Shown piece by piece: positions 8,365 through 17,220 of a DNA stretch of 64,000 bases. Source of the DNA: Bacillota bacterium (GTDB lineage: Bacteria; Bacillota; Dethiobacteria; DTU022; UBA8154). The first letter of the stretch is position 1; the number at the start of each line of letters is the position of its first letter. Both the position numbers and the translations under genes were made by a program. Under the pieces are notes generated by a model, which was given only the letters and a program-made list of their open reading frames with translations, was not told where the DNA came from and did no database searches. The stretch covers positions 76 through 64,075 of the forward strand of contig DUQX01000037.1 of NCBI GenBank assembly GCA_012837615.1, given 5' to 3'.

Positions 8365-10449
8365 ATGACAAATGCCGGCGATGTATTTAAAGAGGGTTCT
8401 CCTGGTATCCCCCCATGTCAGGCGGCTTGCCCTATTCATCAGGAAGTGCGGGAGTATTTGCGTCTGATTGCCATTGGGGATTTTGACCGTTCTCTGGAGG
8501 TTATAAAAAGGTCAAGCCCGCTTTCTTCGGTTTGTGGCACAATTTGCGCGCACCATTGCGAAGATGAGTGCAGGCGCCAGAATGTTGACAAGCCCCTTTC
8601 CATACGGGGTTTAAAAAGGGCGGCGGTGGAGTTCGGAAAGGCAGATTTTCCGACTCCGGCAAAGGTTGATCCAGCTAAAAAAGTAGCCGTTATCGGTTCC
8701 GGACCGGCAGGGTTGATAGCAGCTTTTGACCTGGCGCTGCAGGGTTGCTCCGTTACTGTTTTTGAACGTGAAAAATACCTGGGCGGTGCCCCGCGGAACT
8801 TTATTCCCCTTTATCGTCTTCCCGATGAAACCGTAGAGAAGGATATTGAAAACCTGAAAAAACTTGGCATTGAATTCAAGACAGAAGTAGAATTCGGTAC
8901 TGATTTTGGTGTGGAAGATCTTCAGAAAGAAGGTTTTAAATCTATACTTATAGCAGTTGGCCTTACAGCCAGCCGCGGGTTGCCCATTCCGGGAGCTGAT
9001 CACAGCGATGTGCTTCTGGCGCTGGAATTTTTAAGGGCTTCGAAAAGAGACAATTTCAGGCTTGACGGGCGTGAGGTAGTTGTTATCGGCGGCGGTAATG
9101 TGGCGATGGACGTTGCACGCTCGGCTGTCCGCTGCGGCGCGTCAAAGGTAAGGCTCGTCTGCCTGGAATCGGAAGAGGAAATGCCTGCTTTCCCCTGGGA
9201 GATCGAGGAGGCCAAGGAAGAGGGGGTCGAGTTCAACTGTTCCTGGGGTCCCAAGGCCGTCAAAATAGAAAACGGGGTAATTCAAGGACTGGAAGTTAAA
9301 GAATGCTCCTCTGTTTTTGACGCACAGGGAAGGTTTAATCCCACCTACAATGAAGATAATGTGATGTTTGTACCCGGCAATACGGTTATTTTTGCCATTG
9401 GACAGGGGGCAGATCTCGAAGCTGTGAAGAAAGCTGGTATCCCCGTGGACGAGAGGGGACGGTTGGTCTTTGATCCTGCTACCATGAAAACTCCGGTAGA
9501 AGGGGTTTTTGCCTGTGGCGAGATCGTGGCCGGCCCCAGTACGGCGGTAAAGGCTATGGCAAACGGCAGGGTAGCTGCCATGGCGATTTATAACTACCTC
9601 GAGGGGAAACCTTTCATCAGCTCCATGGTTGAAGAGGAACAGCCCCTGCCCGAGCTGGCTTCCGATGTAGCGGAGAAAGTGAAAAAAATAGCCCGTCACG
9701 AGATTCCAATGCTTACTCCGGAAGAGCGTTCCGACAACTTCCAGCCGGTAGAAAAAGGCTATACCATGGCCATGGCCGTCTGGGAAAGCCTTCGCTGCCT
9801 GGGTTGTGCTGCCGGAGCGCAGAGGATCGTGGAAAAATGTGCCGATTGCCTGACCTGCCTGCGCACCTGTCCCTACAACGTGCCCGTGGTAAGCGAACAA
9901 GGCGATCTAATGATTCGCGATTTCCAGTGCCAGGCCTGCGGGCTCTGCCTGACCGTATGCCCGAACCTGGCTATTGAATTTCGTGCTCCGTATATTGAAG
10001 AAGCGGAAAAGGAGCTGGAGCCTGCTGTTAAGCGGTTGTTGGCTTCCAGAAACGGAAAACCGTCAGTATTGGTGTTATCCTGCGGCCTTGGCGCCTATGC
10101 TTTGCCGGAATTTAATAATTTCCTCAAAGATAAACCCGCTAACGTGGAGGTTGTAAAATTCCCTTGTATTTCCAAGATCGATACTTTGCACATACTCAAG
10201 GTCTTCCAGCTCGGTGCGGATGGAGTTATTGTGGCGGGCTGCGCGGAAAACGAGACAAACAGCTGTCCCTTCCAGCAAACCCTCTACTGGGCAGGCCAGC
10301 GCGTGAGCCGCGTTAAATCAATCCTCAAGGACGTTGGGCTGGAGGAAGACCGCCTAGCCCTTTGTAGCTTTAAACCTGAAGAGGTGGCTGACTTTGGCCA
10401 GGCTGCCGGTGAAGTGCTGCGGAAGATTGAAGAGCTTGGAAAGAGGTAA
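8365..10449 (+). CDS. Fusion oxidoreductase: GltD/NfnB-like FAD/NAD(P) domain, then a 2x[4Fe-4S] ferredoxin domain, then an MvhD/FlpD-like domain
   Basis: Contains 'VAVIGSGPAGL' and 'VVVIGGGNVAMD' dinucleotide folds, 'CADCLTCLRTCP' and 'CQACGLCLTVCP' ferredoxin motifs, and a C-terminal Cys-rich 'GADGVIVAGCAENETNSCPF' segment typical of MvhD. ATG 8365 sits 8 nt after AAGGAG (8351-8356). Confidence 0.85.
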   Translation: MTNAGDVFKEGSPGIPPCQAACPIHQEVREYLRLIAIGDFDRSLEVIKRSSPLSSVCGTICAHHCEDECRRQNVDKPLSIRGLKRAAVEFGKADFPTPAKVDPAKKVAVIGSGPAGLIAAFDLALQGCSVTVFEREKYLGGAPRNFIPLYRLPDETVEKDIENLKKLGIEFKTEVEFGTDFGVEDLQKEGFKSILIAVGLTASRGLPIPGADHSDVLLALEFLRASKRDNFRLDGREVVVIGGGNVAMDVARSAVRCGASKVRLVCLESEEEMPAFPWEIEEAKEEGVEFNCSWGPKAVKIENGVIQGLEVKECSSVFDAQGRFNPTYNEDNVMFVPGNTVIFAIGQGADLEAVKKAGIPVDERGRLVFDPATMKTPVEGVFACGEIVAGPSTAVKAMANGRVAAMAIYNYLEGKPFISSMVEEEQPLPELASDVAEKVKKIARHEIPMLTPEERSDNFQPVEKGYTMAMAVWESLRCLGCAAGAQRIVEKCADCLTCLRTCPYNVPVVSEQGDLMIRDFQCQACGLCLTVCPNLAIEFRAPYIEEAEKELEPAVKRLLASRNGKPSVLVLSCGLGAYALPEFNNFLKDKPANVEVVKFPCISKIDTLHILKVFQLGADGVIVAGCAENETNSCPFQQTLYWAGQRVSRVKSILKDVGLEEDRLALCSFKPEEVADFGQAAGEVLRKIEELGKR

Positions 10450-10493
10450 AGCTAAAATTATTAAAGTTATTTTAAGACATTGCTTTTTTATTG

Positions 10494-10522
10494 CCGGAAG
10501 GTTAATCTTCCGGTTTATTTTT
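10494..10522 (+). terminator. Rho-independent terminator after the GltD-MvhD gene
   Basis: CCGGAAG (10494-10500) pairs with CTTCCGG (10507-10513), followed by TTTATTTTT. Confidence 0.7.
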
Positions 10523-10540
10523 AAAAAATTTAGGAGATAG

Positions 10541-10555
10541 CGATAATCATTATCA
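10541..10555. promoter_or_regulatory. Fur-box-like 7-1-7 palindrome
   Basis: cGATAATcATTATCA matches the Firmicute Fur 7-1-7 consensus TGATAATnATTATCA at 14 of 15 positions. It lies 22 nt upstream of the MBL-fold gene start. Confidence 0.5.
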
Positions 10556-10576
10556 TTTGCAAAAGGATGAAGAGTA

Positions 10577-11224
10577 TTGGAAGCAGCAAAAATAACCATT
10601 GTCTATGATAACACGGCATTTCAAAAAAGGCTGCGGGCAGATTGGGGGTTTTCTTGCTATATTGAGGCCTATAACCGGAGAATTCTTTTCGATACGGGCG
10701 CCAGCGGCCCCATTCTTTTAGACAATATGAAAAAACTTAACATTGATCCCGGTAAAATTGAAGAAATAATTATTTCCCACGATCATTATGATCACACGGC
10801 GGGGTTATCCGACCTTTTGCAGATAAACCCGGTGAAGGTATATGTTCCAGCCGACTGTTCTTTCCCTGCAGGGGCGGCAGAGGTGATCAGGATTAGGGAG
10901 CCCCAAAAAATTCACGAGAACATTTTTTCAACCGGGGCCCTCGACGATTTTGAACAATCGCTCGTGATTAATACAAAAAAAGGATTGCTCGTGGTTGCAG
11001 GTTGTTCCCATCCTGGGGTCGAAAAAATATTCAAGGCCGCATCACAATTTGGAAAGCCCCGGGCACTTGTTGGGGGCTTGCACGGATTCAGCGATTTTGC
11101 CCTGCTTCGAGATCTGGAAATGGTATGCCCCACCCACTGTACCCAGTACAAGTTGGAGATCAATTATATATTTCCGCAAAAATATATTCCCGGAGGGGCC
11201 GGAAAGGAACTTTTTTACGGCTGA
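10577..11224 (+). CDS. Metallo-beta-lactamase-fold hydrolase
   Basis: Carries the 'ISHDHYDHTAG' HxHxDH metal motif. TTG start; 215 aa. Confidence 0.8.
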   Translation: MEAAKITIVYDNTAFQKRLRADWGFSCYIEAYNRRILFDTGASGPILLDNMKKLNIDPGKIEEIIISHDHYDHTAGLSDLLQINPVKVYVPADCSFPAGAAEVIRIREPQKIHENIFSTGALDDFEQSLVINTKKGLLVVAGCSHPGVEKIFKAASQFGKPRALVGGLHGFSDFALLRDLEMVCPTHCTQYKLEINYIFPQKYIPGGAGKELFYG

Positions 11225-11294
11225 AACGTTTTATTAGTAGAATAAGAAAAGGGGGGGGAGAACTTTTATCCTATGATTAAAGGGTAAGAGTAAA

Positions 11295-12302
11295 ATGATG
11301 GTTAAGTTCAGGAAGAAAAAGCATTTACATTATATGGCGGCATTAATGCTGGTTATCTTTTCTCTTGCCGGTCTTGCCGGTTGCGGCGCTGCTACGAAGG
11401 ATTCGGCGCCGGCGATAGCTCCGCAGGAAATGGCCGAGGCGAGGAATATGGATATGGCGTACAGTATGTCCAACAGCGGAGCCCCAGCCGGCGCTGCGAC
11501 CCGTGCTGAGGTAGAGAAGACAGGTGAGGACGGCGGTGTCGTTCAGCCGGCGGGCGGCGCCGGGGTGCGCTATGTTATTCTCAATGCCCGGCTTACTCTG
11601 GAAATTGAGGATATAGAGGAAACGACCAAAGAAATCCAGAAATCGGTAAAACAGCTCGGCGGCTATGTGGTCTCGCTGGAAATTTATGACCTTTCCCGGG
11701 AACGCCGGGCAGGGCATATGTCAGTCCGTATTCCGCAGGATAAGTATGCATATGCCCTGGAGATACTGGACGGGCTGGGCGAGATTAATAATATCAGCGA
11801 AAATACCAGCGATGTAACCATGCATTATATCGACCTGGAAGCCCGCATTACCAACCTGGAGGCGCAGGAGAAGAGAATGCGCGAGCTGCTGGACAGGGCG
11901 GAGAACATGGAAGATATCCTGAAGATCGAAAAAGAACTGGGAAGGATTCGCGGTGATCTGGAGTCGATGACCGCTGAGTTCAAGTACCTGCAGGAAAGAG
12001 TAAATTATTCAACCATCGATATTCGCCTGGAGGAAAGAGATCCGCGCCAGGAGACAGTAGTTGGCGGCTTTGGTAACTTTGGCGAAAGGATCGGGAATCT
12101 AATGGCTCTGAACACCAACCGCCTCCTGGATGGCCTGGCTAACTTTGTGATTGTCCTAATTGGGTCGCTGCCGATAATTGTCCCTTTACTGTTATTGATT
12201 ATTATTCTCTGGAAAATCGTTGTGAGGAAACGGAAAATCCGGGAGCAAAAAAGCTACAGCCCGGGCAATATTCGCCTTCCCGGGGGAAATGGCAAAGAGT
12301 AA
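11295..12302 (+). CDS. DUF4349-like lipoprotein (coiled-coil, C-terminal TM anchor)
   Basis: Signal peptide with the lipobox 'LAGLAGC', a central coiled-coil ('ITNLEAQEKRMRELLDRA'), and a C-terminal TM segment ('IVLIGSLPIIVPLLLLIIILW'). Confidence 0.75.
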   Translation: MMVKFRKKKHLHYMAALMLVIFSLAGLAGCGAATKDSAPAIAPQEMAEARNMDMAYSMSNSGAPAGAATRAEVEKTGEDGGVVQPAGGAGVRYVILNARLTLEIEDIEETTKEIQKSVKQLGGYVVSLEIYDLSRERRAGHMSVRIPQDKYAYALEILDGLGEINNISENTSDVTMHYIDLEARITNLEAQEKRMRELLDRAENMEDILKIEKELGRIRGDLESMTAEFKYLQERVNYSTIDIRLEERDPRQETVVGGFGNFGERIGNLMALNTNRLLDGLANFVIVLIGSLPIIVPLLLLIIILWKIVVRKRKIREQKSYSPGNIRLPGGNGKE

Positions 12303-12381
12303 GAAAAATAACATCCCTCAATAGTGAGTGTAGAATAAAGGATTTACTCTTTTAAAAGTACGAACCGGAAGTTTTAATGGA

Positions 12382-12417
12382 AGTGCCCTGTGGAAGTATC
12401 AGGGCACTAATTTCTTT
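12382..12417 (+). terminator. Hairpin terminator between convergent genes
   Basis: AGTGCCCTG (12382-12390) pairs with CAGGGCACT (12400-12408), followed by AATTTCTTT. Confidence 0.55.
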
Positions 12418-12418
12418 A

Positions 12419-13393
12419 TCATTTGTCGATAATCTCTGCATACACCAACGTTTGGTTTAATAATTGATATGCAACTTCTCCGAAAGTAACCGGCCCAGCA
12501 AAAGGCGGTGTTGCTTTTCCCTCAAGTTCGCCATAAAGGTAATTGAGAATACAGTTACAGGAGAAGATTGGTTTGGTGCCCTTATGCTCTTGTAAGTGTT
12601 CTGCAAAGCTTGCTGCATAATTACTGACCGGACGTGCAAAACGGTATTCCTTTCCTGAAAAAACGGGGGCGTAAAAATCTACCGTCTTGCTTTCCTCGGA
12701 AATAGATTTAATGGAGACATTTATTAAAACACTGTTATAATCTGCTACTAACGGCAATTGAGTATCAATTTTGTTTTCTGATATGTAATCTGAAAATAAC
12801 ACTTCTTTTCCGTTGACTAAACATTTTGTCACTGATAAAGCGTCTTCCTCGAACTCGATTTTTATATCATTATCATCAACATCAAAAATATTTACGATAC
12901 CAAGGGAAGCAATTTTATGATCGGGCAGGCAGATATGTAAGGCAACCGCTTTATCACCATATGACTCGCCGGTAACGCCATCATATACTTTCGCGCTTGA
13001 GTTTGTAGAGAGATCGAAACCTGAGATCCAGCCAACCGTCGGATTCATTAATAAATCATTTGAATTTGGCGCTTCTTTTGCATAAAATACAGCAACATCG
13101 CTTGCAAAAGGTATGACTAAAAATGACATCCCGTTTGGGTAGGAATCCTTTGTTATGTCAAATACATTGTTTTTATCGTACACTGCAGTTTTATAATCAA
13201 CTGCGCAGGCAATTTCATTAACAAATAATCTATCCTTGGAAGTAATTCCGCCCTGCTCCGTAATAAAATAAGGGGTAGTTCCAGCAATCCACTTGCCTTT
13301 TGGTAATTGTTTCAACAAAGAGTCGTCAGCAGCAATATGTAAGACTCTACCTTCCTGGATCAATTTAATCGCTTGATCAAGATCAATAAACAT
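12419..13393 (-). CDS. Hypothetical cytoplasmic protein, possibly a FIST-like sensor fold
   Basis: 324-aa ORF without TM or signal sequence. The C-terminal 'PIFSCNCILNYLYG...GPVTFGEVAYQLLNQTLVY' resembles the end of FIST_C domains, but this is a weak recognition. By eye the gene is clearly AT-richer than its neighbours. Confidence 0.7.
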   Translation of the reverse strand: MFIDLDQAIKLIQEGRVLHIAADDSLLKQLPKGKWIAGTTPYFITEQGGITSKDRLFVNEIACAVDYKTAVYDKNNVFDITKDSYPNGMSFLVIPFASDVAVFYAKEAPNSNDLLMNPTVGWISGFDLSTNSSAKVYDGVTGESYGDKAVALHICLPDHKIASLGIVNIFDVDDNDIKIEFEEDALSVTKCLVNGKEVLFSDYISENKIDTQLPLVADYNSVLINVSIKSISEESKTVDFYAPVFSGKEYRFARPVSNYAASFAEHLQEHKGTKPIFSCNCILNYLYGELEGKATPPFAGPVTFGEVAYQLLNQTLVYAEIIDK

Positions 13394-13405
13394 ATTCTTT
13401 ACCTC

Positions 13406-13609
13406 CTATAATTTTTTCAGTGCTTCAATATCTTTTTCCATAATTGAAGCGTATTTTTCAAAAAACGCTTTCATTTCCTGCAAACAGTTTTTTAATTCCT
13501 CTGGTGTCTGATTAGCTGAATACTTTCTCTGTAATCTGGAAATTAACAAATTCAAGCCCAGGTTAGTTGACTCATATTTCGCTTGCTTTTTAATTAATTT
13601 CTTTCTCAA
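13406..13609 (-). CDS. Small helical hypothetical protein (67 aa), start anomalous
   Basis: Lys-rich N-terminus and predicted helices; 12 nt upstream of the 324-aa ORF. It has a TTG start with no nearby SD. A strong AAGGAGG at 13638-13644 instead serves a 12-14 codon ORF (13590-13634) in another frame. Confidence 0.45.
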   Translation of the reverse strand: MRKKLIKKQAKYESTNLGLNLLISRLQRKYSANQTPEELKNCLQEMKAFFEKYASIMEKDIEALKKL

Positions 13610-13973
13610 GTATTAAATTTAGCTCCATGTTCATTAACCTCCTTTCCTATTTGGTTATTAAAGTTTCAAATCGCCTGTTCTGTTATTGGGTAATGGTTTT
13701 AACCTGCTTGCAAAATCCTACAAAAAAAATCCTGAGAGTGCAAATATCCCCTTTTTGCATTCTTGTGAATAATACTATACTAATTGTTGATGCTTGGCAA
13801 CATATCAAGTGAGCAAAAGAGTTAAATAATGCATATCCTGACTAAATTTGCAATTTTCCTTCTCTGTCATAAGCTATCATTCTTCCTGTTATCAAAAAGT
13901 TATCAATTAGCAACAACTACATAAAAACAAGTCTGTTAAGGAAAAATAAAAAAAAATGTGAGGTGTATGCAAT

Positions 13974-15860
13974 ATGGACTTTAAAGATGGCAATAAAGAA
14001 AAACATATATTAAAAGAGAGCAAGTCACCGGATTTACAGAGCTCAATAAGTTGGTACTCCTGGGGTAACGAAGCATTTGAAAAAGCAAAGGCAGAGGATA
14101 AGCCGATTTTGTTAAGCATATCCGGAAGCTGGTGTCACTGGTGTCATGTGATGGACAATACCACGTACAGCGATAAGCAGGTTGTCGAGACTATACGCAG
14201 GGATTTTGTTCCCATCAGGGTGGATACCGACCGCAGGCCGGATATAAATGCACGTTATAACCTTGGAGGCTGGCCGACAACGGCTTTTTTGACCCCAGAA
14301 GGTCATATTATTACCGGTGCTACCTATATTCCCCCGGAAAAAATGCTCGAATCCATGGAAGAAGTTATTGAGCTCTACCAGGAAGACCCCGATAGAATAA
14401 AAGGGGAAGTTCGGAGAAAAGACAGCGAAATTTCCAGGATAGAAAAATATTATAAAGGAAAGAAAAAGGGTACTGAGGCCAGGGGGGGAGCTCTGGAGAC
14501 GGAAACTTTTGCTGATCTGCTGGGTTTTGCGGCGGATCAGGTTAAAGAAAAGTACGATGCGGAATATGGTGGGTTTGGCAGTTTTCCTAAATTTCCCATG
14601 TTTGAAGCGTTGGAACTGGCACAAGTGGCCTATCTATACCAGGGGGACCAAAATTGGCGGGAGATCTTTGAGCATACACTGCGTTCTATGTATACCGGCG
14701 GTATCTATGACCCCGAGGAGGGAGGTTTTTTCCGTTACAGCACTACCAGGGATTGGAGCATACCCCATTTTGAAAAAATGCTCGAAGATAATGCCCGAAT
14801 GCTATCCTTATTACTTACATCCAAAAAGCTGACGGGAGATGATTTTTTTGCTGCTGCCGCCAGGGATGTGTTGCGCTATCTGGAAAACAACCTTTATCTT
14901 CCCGAAAGGGAGGGGTGGGCAGGTTCCCAGGATGCCGATGAAGAGTATTATTCTTTATCATTAGATGAAAGGCAGAAGAGGAGAAAACCGCGTATTGACC
15001 GGACAATTTATGTCAACTGGAACGCCCTTCTGGTCCGCTCGCTTTTTAAAGCCGCGGTTATTTTGGCGGAACCGCGCTGGTATGACCTTGCTATGAAAAC
15101 ATTAAATATGTTGAAAGAAAGCTGTTTCACTCAGGACATGGGGATGGCACATTACCTGGCCGAAGGAGAAGGCGAAGCGCAGGTATGGGGGCTGCTTGAG
15201 GACCAGGCAGCCATGGGGCTGTCTTTGACAGCAGCTTACCAGCACAGCGGGGATGTGAGATGGCTCGATATGGCCAGGGAGCTGGCTAAATTTTGCTTAG
15301 AGAAATTAGCGAGAGGAGAAGGCGCTTTTAGAGATAGGCCTGTGGGAGAAGAAGAGCTGGGGAAACTGTCCCAGCCGCTTTATGATATCGAAAACAATTC
15401 ACTCTGTGCAAATTGGTTTGTTGAGATGGCCTCTTTGACCGGCGAAGAAGCTTACCTGGAAAAAGCTGCAGATATTATACATGCTTTTATGGGTGAATAT
15501 CGCAGACACTCTCTTTTTAGCGCCGGGCTGGCGCTGGCAGCGCTCGGGGTCAGGGAGCGGGGTGCAGTGATTGACGTGGTGGGGTTACACGATGATCCCG
15601 GGCTATTACCGCTGCACAGTACAGCGGTAGCGGCATTTTTGCCTCCAAAAGTCGTCAGGTTGCTTGACCCCGAAAAGGCGGCGGAGATCGGCCGGAAAGA
15701 ATATGCTGGCGTCAAGGGGGCTAGTGCCTTTGCTTGCCTGGGCAGGCACTGTTTTGAACCGGCAACCGATCCTGTGCAGCTGGAGGGGGTAATTGAAAAA
15801 ATGATCAAGGAGCGGCGCGCCCATGTCCTTTTCACAGTGAAAGAACCTACAGGGGTATAG
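13974..15860 (+). CDS. Thioredoxin-domain protein of the DUF255/YyaL family (N-terminal Trx-like plus (alpha/alpha)6 barrel)
   Basis: Hallmark sequence 'WYSWGNEAFEKAKAEDKPILLSISGSWCHWCHVM'; 628 aa. Confidence 0.88.
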   Translation: MDFKDGNKEKHILKESKSPDLQSSISWYSWGNEAFEKAKAEDKPILLSISGSWCHWCHVMDNTTYSDKQVVETIRRDFVPIRVDTDRRPDINARYNLGGWPTTAFLTPEGHIITGATYIPPEKMLESMEEVIELYQEDPDRIKGEVRRKDSEISRIEKYYKGKKKGTEARGGALETETFADLLGFAADQVKEKYDAEYGGFGSFPKFPMFEALELAQVAYLYQGDQNWREIFEHTLRSMYTGGIYDPEEGGFFRYSTTRDWSIPHFEKMLEDNARMLSLLLTSKKLTGDDFFAAAARDVLRYLENNLYLPEREGWAGSQDADEEYYSLSLDERQKRRKPRIDRTIYVNWNALLVRSLFKAAVILAEPRWYDLAMKTLNMLKESCFTQDMGMAHYLAEGEGEAQVWGLLEDQAAMGLSLTAAYQHSGDVRWLDMARELAKFCLEKLARGEGAFRDRPVGEEELGKLSQPLYDIENNSLCANWFVEMASLTGEEAYLEKAADIIHAFMGEYRRHSLFSAGLALAALGVRERGAVIDVVGLHDDPGLLPLHSTAVAAFLPPKVVRLLDPEKAAEIGRKEYAGVKGASAFACLGRHCFEPATDPVQLEGVIEKMIKERRAHVLFTVKEPTGV

Positions 15861-15926
15861 AACGGGCAACGCGGCTCTGCTGGCTTTAAACTTTATTAAA
15901 ATACCATCTTTTAGCCTTCTTAGATT

Positions 15927-15960
15927 CGGCTGCCGGGATGCCCGGTCAGGCCGGCAGCCG
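15927..15960 (+). other. GC-rich 10-bp-stem hairpin downstream of the yyaL-like gene
   Basis: CGGCTGCCGG (15927-15936) pairs with CCGGCAGCCG (15951-15960). There is no U-tract, so it may be a terminator or processing element. Confidence 0.4.
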
Positions 15961-16095
15961 GACTGTTACCGGTCTGTTAAATGTTTTATAGGTGTATAAG
16001 GAAATACCGACCTGTCAATTTAATATTTTTGTCATATCTTTCCTTGATTATTTTCATGATATTGAAACAAATAGGGCTTATAATCGTTTATAATA

Positions 16096-16911
16096 ATGAG
16101 AAAGAAAGTTATTGCCGGCATCCGGCATATTAGAAAAAATTTGAGAGGGGTAATACCGGTGAAAAAAGCGGTTATTATTTTTTTGGTGGCGCTAATTGCT
16201 CTGATTCTTATTTTACCGGGATGTGGCCCGGGGGAAACACCTGAAGGGGAAACTCCTGAAACCGGGAATCCCGAAACGAAAATTCCTGAAGTAGAAACTC
16301 CCGATGAGGAAGAACCGCTGGAATATGAAATCGTAGGGGACCTTAATCTCCTTCCCGAAAAAGTGCGCAGAGCTGTGGAGGAGTTGAAAGCCGAAAGGGG
16401 ATATTTTGTTTTCAGCGAGCCGGAATTTAACACCGGGGATGATGTTTTCTTACTGATTTCATCCGGAGAAAAGGCGACGGGAGGATACAGAGTTGTCCTG
16501 GATACTTTGAACGCTTCAAAGTCAAACTTGAAAGTGAATGTTGAAGAAACTGAACCAAAAGAAAGAAATGCTGTAATTCAAGTTTTAACCTACCCCCTGC
16601 TGGTAATTAAATTAAATGGAACCCCTGAAAACTATACGGTTCAAAATACTGAGAATGAAATATTTGAAGAACTGGTTTACAGCGATGAAAATGGTGGCAG
16701 TAAACAGTTAGAGAGAAAAACGGGTATATATTCGGGACAGATTGACAGCAATTTTGTGGAAATTAAGATAGATGGACAGGCAAAGGCTTTCATGCTGCCA
16801 CAGGGGCTTTCCGGGATTCTTACCGGGCTTAGTAGCGGGGACAAAGTGAACCTCTGTTATTATGAGAACGAATACGGGCAGCTAATAATCGAAGAAATAG
16901 CAAAAGAATAG
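16096..16911 (+). CDS. Lipoprotein with a PrcB_C-like domain and an ETPE-repeat linker
   Basis: Lipobox 'LILPGC', an acidic 'GETPEGETPETGNPETKIPEVETPDEEE' linker, and 'LLISSGEKATGGYRV', typical of the PrcB C-terminal domain. The true start may be an internal GTG. Confidence 0.7.
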   Translation: MRKKVIAGIRHIRKNLRGVIPVKKAVIIFLVALIALILILPGCGPGETPEGETPETGNPETKIPEVETPDEEEPLEYEIVGDLNLLPEKVRRAVEELKAERGYFVFSEPEFNTGDDVFLLISSGEKATGGYRVVLDTLNASKSNLKVNVEETEPKERNAVIQVLTYPLLVIKLNGTPENYTVQNTENEIFEELVYSDENGGSKQLERKTGIYSGQIDSNFVEIKIDGQAKAFMLPQGLSGILTGLSSGDKVNLCYYENEYGQLIIEEIAKE

Positions 16912-17024
16912 GTCTCATGAAATTATTATAGCTTGCTTTTTTAAGCAATACTCCTTTTTAGGACTTTAATTTTAAACTCTTGTGTACATTTGACAAGACT
17001 TTTTTAAGGGATCGTATAAATACC

Positions 17025-17150
17025 GATGTATTCAATGTTTGGAAGTAGCAAATTGAATAACATAGCAAATAAATCAACCTTGTTTTCGTATTTCAGGCAA
17101 AGCGCGCTGCACCCCCTTAGGTCACTGAACCTAAGGGGGCAGTGATTTTT
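17025..17150 (+). ncRNA. Candidate small transcript or leader ending in a strong terminator
   Basis: TTGACA (16990-16995) then 19 nt then TATAAA (17015-17020). A 5' hairpin pairs TATTCAAT with ATTGAATA. The 3' hairpin pairs CCCCCTTAGG (17112-17121) with CCTAAGGGGG (17130-17139), followed by TTTTT. Confidence 0.3.
17107..17150 (+). terminator. Strong rho-independent terminator about 180 nt upstream of the ABC-F gene
   Basis: A 10-bp perfect GC-rich stem followed by a U-run at 17146-17150. Confidence 0.65.
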
Positions 17151-17176
17151 ATGGGTAATATAATAAAAGCATATGC

Positions 17177-17207
17177 CTCAGGGTGAAAAACCTGGGTTTT
17201 CATTTTC
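17177..17207 (+). terminator. Second, weaker terminator-like hairpin overlapping the end of an 11-codon uORF
   Basis: The uORF runs from ATG 17151 to TGA 17184-17186 (MGNIIKAYASG). CUCAGG pairs with CCUGGG and is followed by UUUUCAUUUUC. Confidence 0.35.
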
Positions 17208-17220
17208 ATTCCAGCTCCTT

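Noticed and set aside
9142-9900. 252-aa minus-strand ORF inside the GltD-MvhD gene (also 9000-9263 and 9345-9581)
   Set aside because: It lies antisense within a well-supported, motif-rich coding region. It has no SD and no recognisable domain.
16230-16320. Imperfect tandem nucleotide repeats (GAAACNCCTGAA-like)
   Set aside because: They lie inside the lipoprotein ORF and simply encode its ETPE-type acidic linker. They are not a non-coding repeat array.
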